The position numbers and the translations under genes are program-made. Shown here one piece after another: positions 61,625 through 64,000 of a stretch of DNA of 64,000 bases. The notes beneath the pieces were generated by a model, which was not told the origin of the DNA, ran no database searches, and saw only the letters and a list, made by a program, of their open reading frames with translations. Source of the DNA: Alphaproteobacteria bacterium (GTDB taxonomy: Bacteria; Pseudomonadota; Alphaproteobacteria; GCA-2746255). The stretch is taken from positions 1,312,001-1,376,000 of the forward strand of contig OZ252220.1 in the NCBI GenBank assembly GCA_965249135.1, in the 5' to 3' direction. Within the stretch, counting starts at the first letter, position 1; every line of letters begins with the position of its first letter.

Positions 61625-62742
61625 ACCAGACCGTGAAGAAACCCGCCACCGTCCGAGTCGAACTCGGCGCACGTAGTTATGATATCCTCGTCGGACCAGG
61701 CCTGTTAGCACAAGCAGGCACGCACCTTCGCCCGCTTCTCGAGGAAGAACGCGTTTTCATCGTCACGGACGAGACGGTTGCCGGCCTCTATCTCGACGGC
61801 CTTACGGCGACGCTTAATGAGGGGGGAATCGAAACGACGCCCATCGTGCTTCCGGCAGGCGAACAAACGAAGGATCTCGCGCATCTTGAATTTCTCACCG
61901 ACCGTCTGCTCGACGCGCACGTGGAACGCCGATCGATGCTTCTTGCGCTTGGCGGCGGCGTGATCGGCGACTTGACCGGATTCGCAGCCAGCCTCACGCT
62001 TCGCGGGATCGACTTCGTTCAGATGCCGACGACGCTGCTTGCCCAAGTCGACAGCGCCGTCGGCGGCAAGACGGGGATCAACACACCCAAGGGAAAAAAT
62101 CTGCTTGGGAGTTTCTACCAACCGCGGCTGGTTCTTTCGGACACGGCGACGCTTACGACCTTGCCGCGACGGGAACTCCTCGCCGGCTATGCGGAAGTCG
62201 TTAAATACGGTCTCATTCGCGATGCGAAATTCTTCGCCTGGCTGGAAGCGAACGGGCCCGAGGCCCTTGAAGGAAAGCCGAATGCATTGACCCAGGCGAT
62301 CGTCAAGGCGTGCGAGACGAAGGCGGCGATTGTCGCCGCCGACGAACGCGAAGCAGGTGCGCGGGCCCTTCTCAATCTCGGCCATACCTTCGGCCACGCG
62401 CTTGAGGCCGCGAACGATTTCGACCACACGCTGCATCATGGCGAAGCCGTCGCCATCGGCATGTGCCTTGCCTTCGAGCTGTCGGTGCGTCTTGGCCTGT
62501 GCCCGGCCTCGGATGCCGAGCGCGTCCGCAACCACCTGGCCGGCATTGGCCTGCCGACGACGCTGGCGCAAGCCGGCCGCGGCAAGTGGGAGGTGCCCGC
62601 GCTTCTTCACCACATGCGCCAGGACAAGAAGGTGCGCCAAGGCCGGGTCCGCTTCGTGCTGGCCCGGAGAATCGGCGAGACGTTCCTTGCCGAGGACATC
62701 GCCACCGAAGACGTCGAGCACTTCCTGGAGGAGGCCGCTTAA
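61621..62742 (+). CDS. aroB: 3-dehydroquinate synthase
   Basis: ALGGGVIGDLTGF, PTTLLAQVDSAVGGKTGIN, LNLGHTFGHALE, HGEAVAIG, QDKK. Confidence 0.97.
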   Translation: MNQTVKKPATVRVELGARSYDILVGPGLLAQAGTHLRPLLEEERVFIVTDETVAGLYLDGLTATLNEGGIETTPIVLPAGEQTKDLAHLEFLTDRLLDAHVERRSMLLALGGGVIGDLTGFAASLTLRGIDFVQMPTTLLAQVDSAVGGKTGINTPKGKNLLGSFYQPRLVLSDTATLTTLPRRELLAGYAEVVKYGLIRDAKFFAWLEANGPEALEGKPNALTQAIVKACETKAAIVAADEREAGARALLNLGHTFGHALEAANDFDHTLHHGEAVAIGMCLAFELSVRLGLCPASDAERVRNHLAGIGLPTTLAQAGRGKWEVPALLHHMRQDKKVRQGRVRFVLARRIGETFLAEDIATEDVEHFLEEAA

Positions 62743-62743
62743 G

Positions 62744-64000
62744 ATGCAGGACGTCGTTCTTCTTTCACTCGGCGCGATCCTAATTCTTCTTATTCTTTCC
62801 GCCTTCTTCTCCGGCTCGGAGACGGCGCTTACCGCAGCCTCGCGCCTCCGCCTCTACCAACTGGAACGCGGCGGCAACGGCCGGGCCCGCATCGTCAACC
62901 GGCTGCGCGAACGAAAAGAACGGTTGATCGGCGCGATCCTGCTGGGCAACAACCTGGTGAACATCCTGGCTTCTGCGCTGGCGACCAGCCTTCTGATCGG
63001 CTGGTTCGGCGAGACGGGTGTCATCTATGCGACGCTTGTCATGACGACGCTGGTGCTGGTCTTTGCCGAGGTGCTGCCGAAAACCTATGCCATTCACAAC
63101 GCCACCCGAACCGCCCTTTTGGTGGCGCCGGTACTGCGATGGATCGTGCGCATCTTCTCGCCCATCACCCACGCCGTGCAATGGATCGTCGCGGGAACGC
63201 TTCGTATCTTCGGCGTGCGTATCTCCACCGATCGCAGCCTCGCCGTCATGACGGAAGAACTCTTGGGCGCCATCGAGCTAAGGGGTGGCAAGGGAGCGAC
63301 GCTGCGTCAAGAACGCGCGATGCTTCGCAGCATTCTCGATCTTGCCAGCGTGACGGTCAGCGAAATCCTGATTCACCGCAAGAGCGTCTTCATGGTGAGC
63401 GCGGACGAGCCGCCAGAGGAAATCCTCACCCAGGTTCTTTCGAGCAACCACACGCGGATCCCGCTGTGGAGGGAGACACCGGACAACACCGTCGGTGTCC
63501 TGCATGCGAAAGCCATGCTGCGTGCCGTGCACGAGCGAAAGGGAAGCCTCGAAGGCTTGGATGCCGTCCAAATCGCCGTAAAGCCGTGGTTCATCCCGGA
63601 ATCGACGACGCTGCTTTCGCAATTGCAGGCGTTTCGCCAGCGCCACGAGCACATGGCGCTGGTCGTCGACGAATACGGAGCGTTCCTTGGAATCGTGACG
63701 CTGGAGGACATCCTCGAGGAGATCGTCGGGGAAATCTCGGACGAGCACGACGTGGCGATCCCCGGTATTTGGCCCCAGCCGGACGGAGCGGTCGTGGCCC
63801 GGGGAACGACGACGCTGCGCGACCTCAACCGCGAATTCGACTGGCAGTTGCCGGACGAGCCGGCGGCGACCGTGGCTGGTCTTTTGCTTCATGAAGCGCG
63901 CCAGATTCCGGACGTCGGCCAGACCTTTGAATTCCACGGTTTCCGTTTCGAGATCCTGCGGCGCTATCGAAATCAGATCACTTCCGTTCGCATCGTGCCG
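62744..64000 (+). CDS. HlyC/CorC (CNNM) family CBS-domain transporter (runs off window end)
   Basis: Not in track; MQDVVLL..SAFFSGSETALTAASR, ILLGNNLVNI, FAEVLPKTYA, HTRIPLW, VVDEYGAFLGIVTLEDILEEIVGEISDEHD. Confidence 0.93.
   Translation, partial: MQDVVLLSLGAILILLILSAFFSGSETALTAASRLRLYQLERGGNGRARIVNRLRERKERLIGAILLGNNLVNILASALATSLLIGWFGETGVIYATLVMTTLVLVFAEVLPKTYAIHNATRTALLVAPVLRWIVRIFSPITHAVQWIVAGTLRIFGVRISTDRSLAVMTEELLGAIELRGGKGATLRQERAMLRSILDLASVTVSEILIHRKSVFMVSADEPPEEILTQVLSSNHTRIPLWRETPDNTVGVLHAKAMLRAVHERKGSLEGLDAVQIAVKPWFIPESTTLLSQLQAFRQRHEHMALVVDEYGAFLGIVTLEDILEEIVGEISDEHDVAIPGIWPQPDGAVVARGTTTLRDLNREFDWQLPDEPAATVAGLLLHEARQIPDVGQTFEFHGFRFEILRRYRNQITSVRIVP

Overview
GC-rich alphaproteobacterial (Rhodospirillales-like) chromosomal window. 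Both flanks are core housekeeping genes. Left: gcvT, thrB-rnhA, peroxiredoxin, DsbD-like, YqgE, M16 peptidase-thrC-SURF1, the aa3 cytochrome c oxidase operon, tldD, gshA, rsmE, ubiA. Right: a frameshifted TipF-like EAL gene, HAD hydrolase, MAPEG, argJ, secA, accA, malyl-CoA lyase, xerD, aroK-aroB, HlyC/CorC. Between them (about 20.1-48.9 kb) is a ~29 kb catabolic block. Its most notable part is a divergent three-subunit acetone-carboxylase-family enzyme (gene order alpha-gamma-beta) next to a likely operon of BadI ring hydrolase, an uncharacterised CrtC/AttH-fold-like protein, a cyclopentanol-dehydrogenase-like SDR, an ene-reductase and a CoA ligase, with no Baeyer-Villiger monooxygenase in the window. 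I infer an O2-independent route, which I do not know to be described, that opens cyclic (possibly methyl-substituted or terpenoid) ketones by ATP-dependent carboxylation, CoA activation and hydrolysis. Divergent liu/atu-like and itaconate/methylsuccinate-like modules may handle the branched products, and a shared candidate TetR operator may link the block. No rRNA, tRNA, CRISPR array, integrase or transposase was seen. Family assignments come from motifs and recalled homologues, not from database searches.
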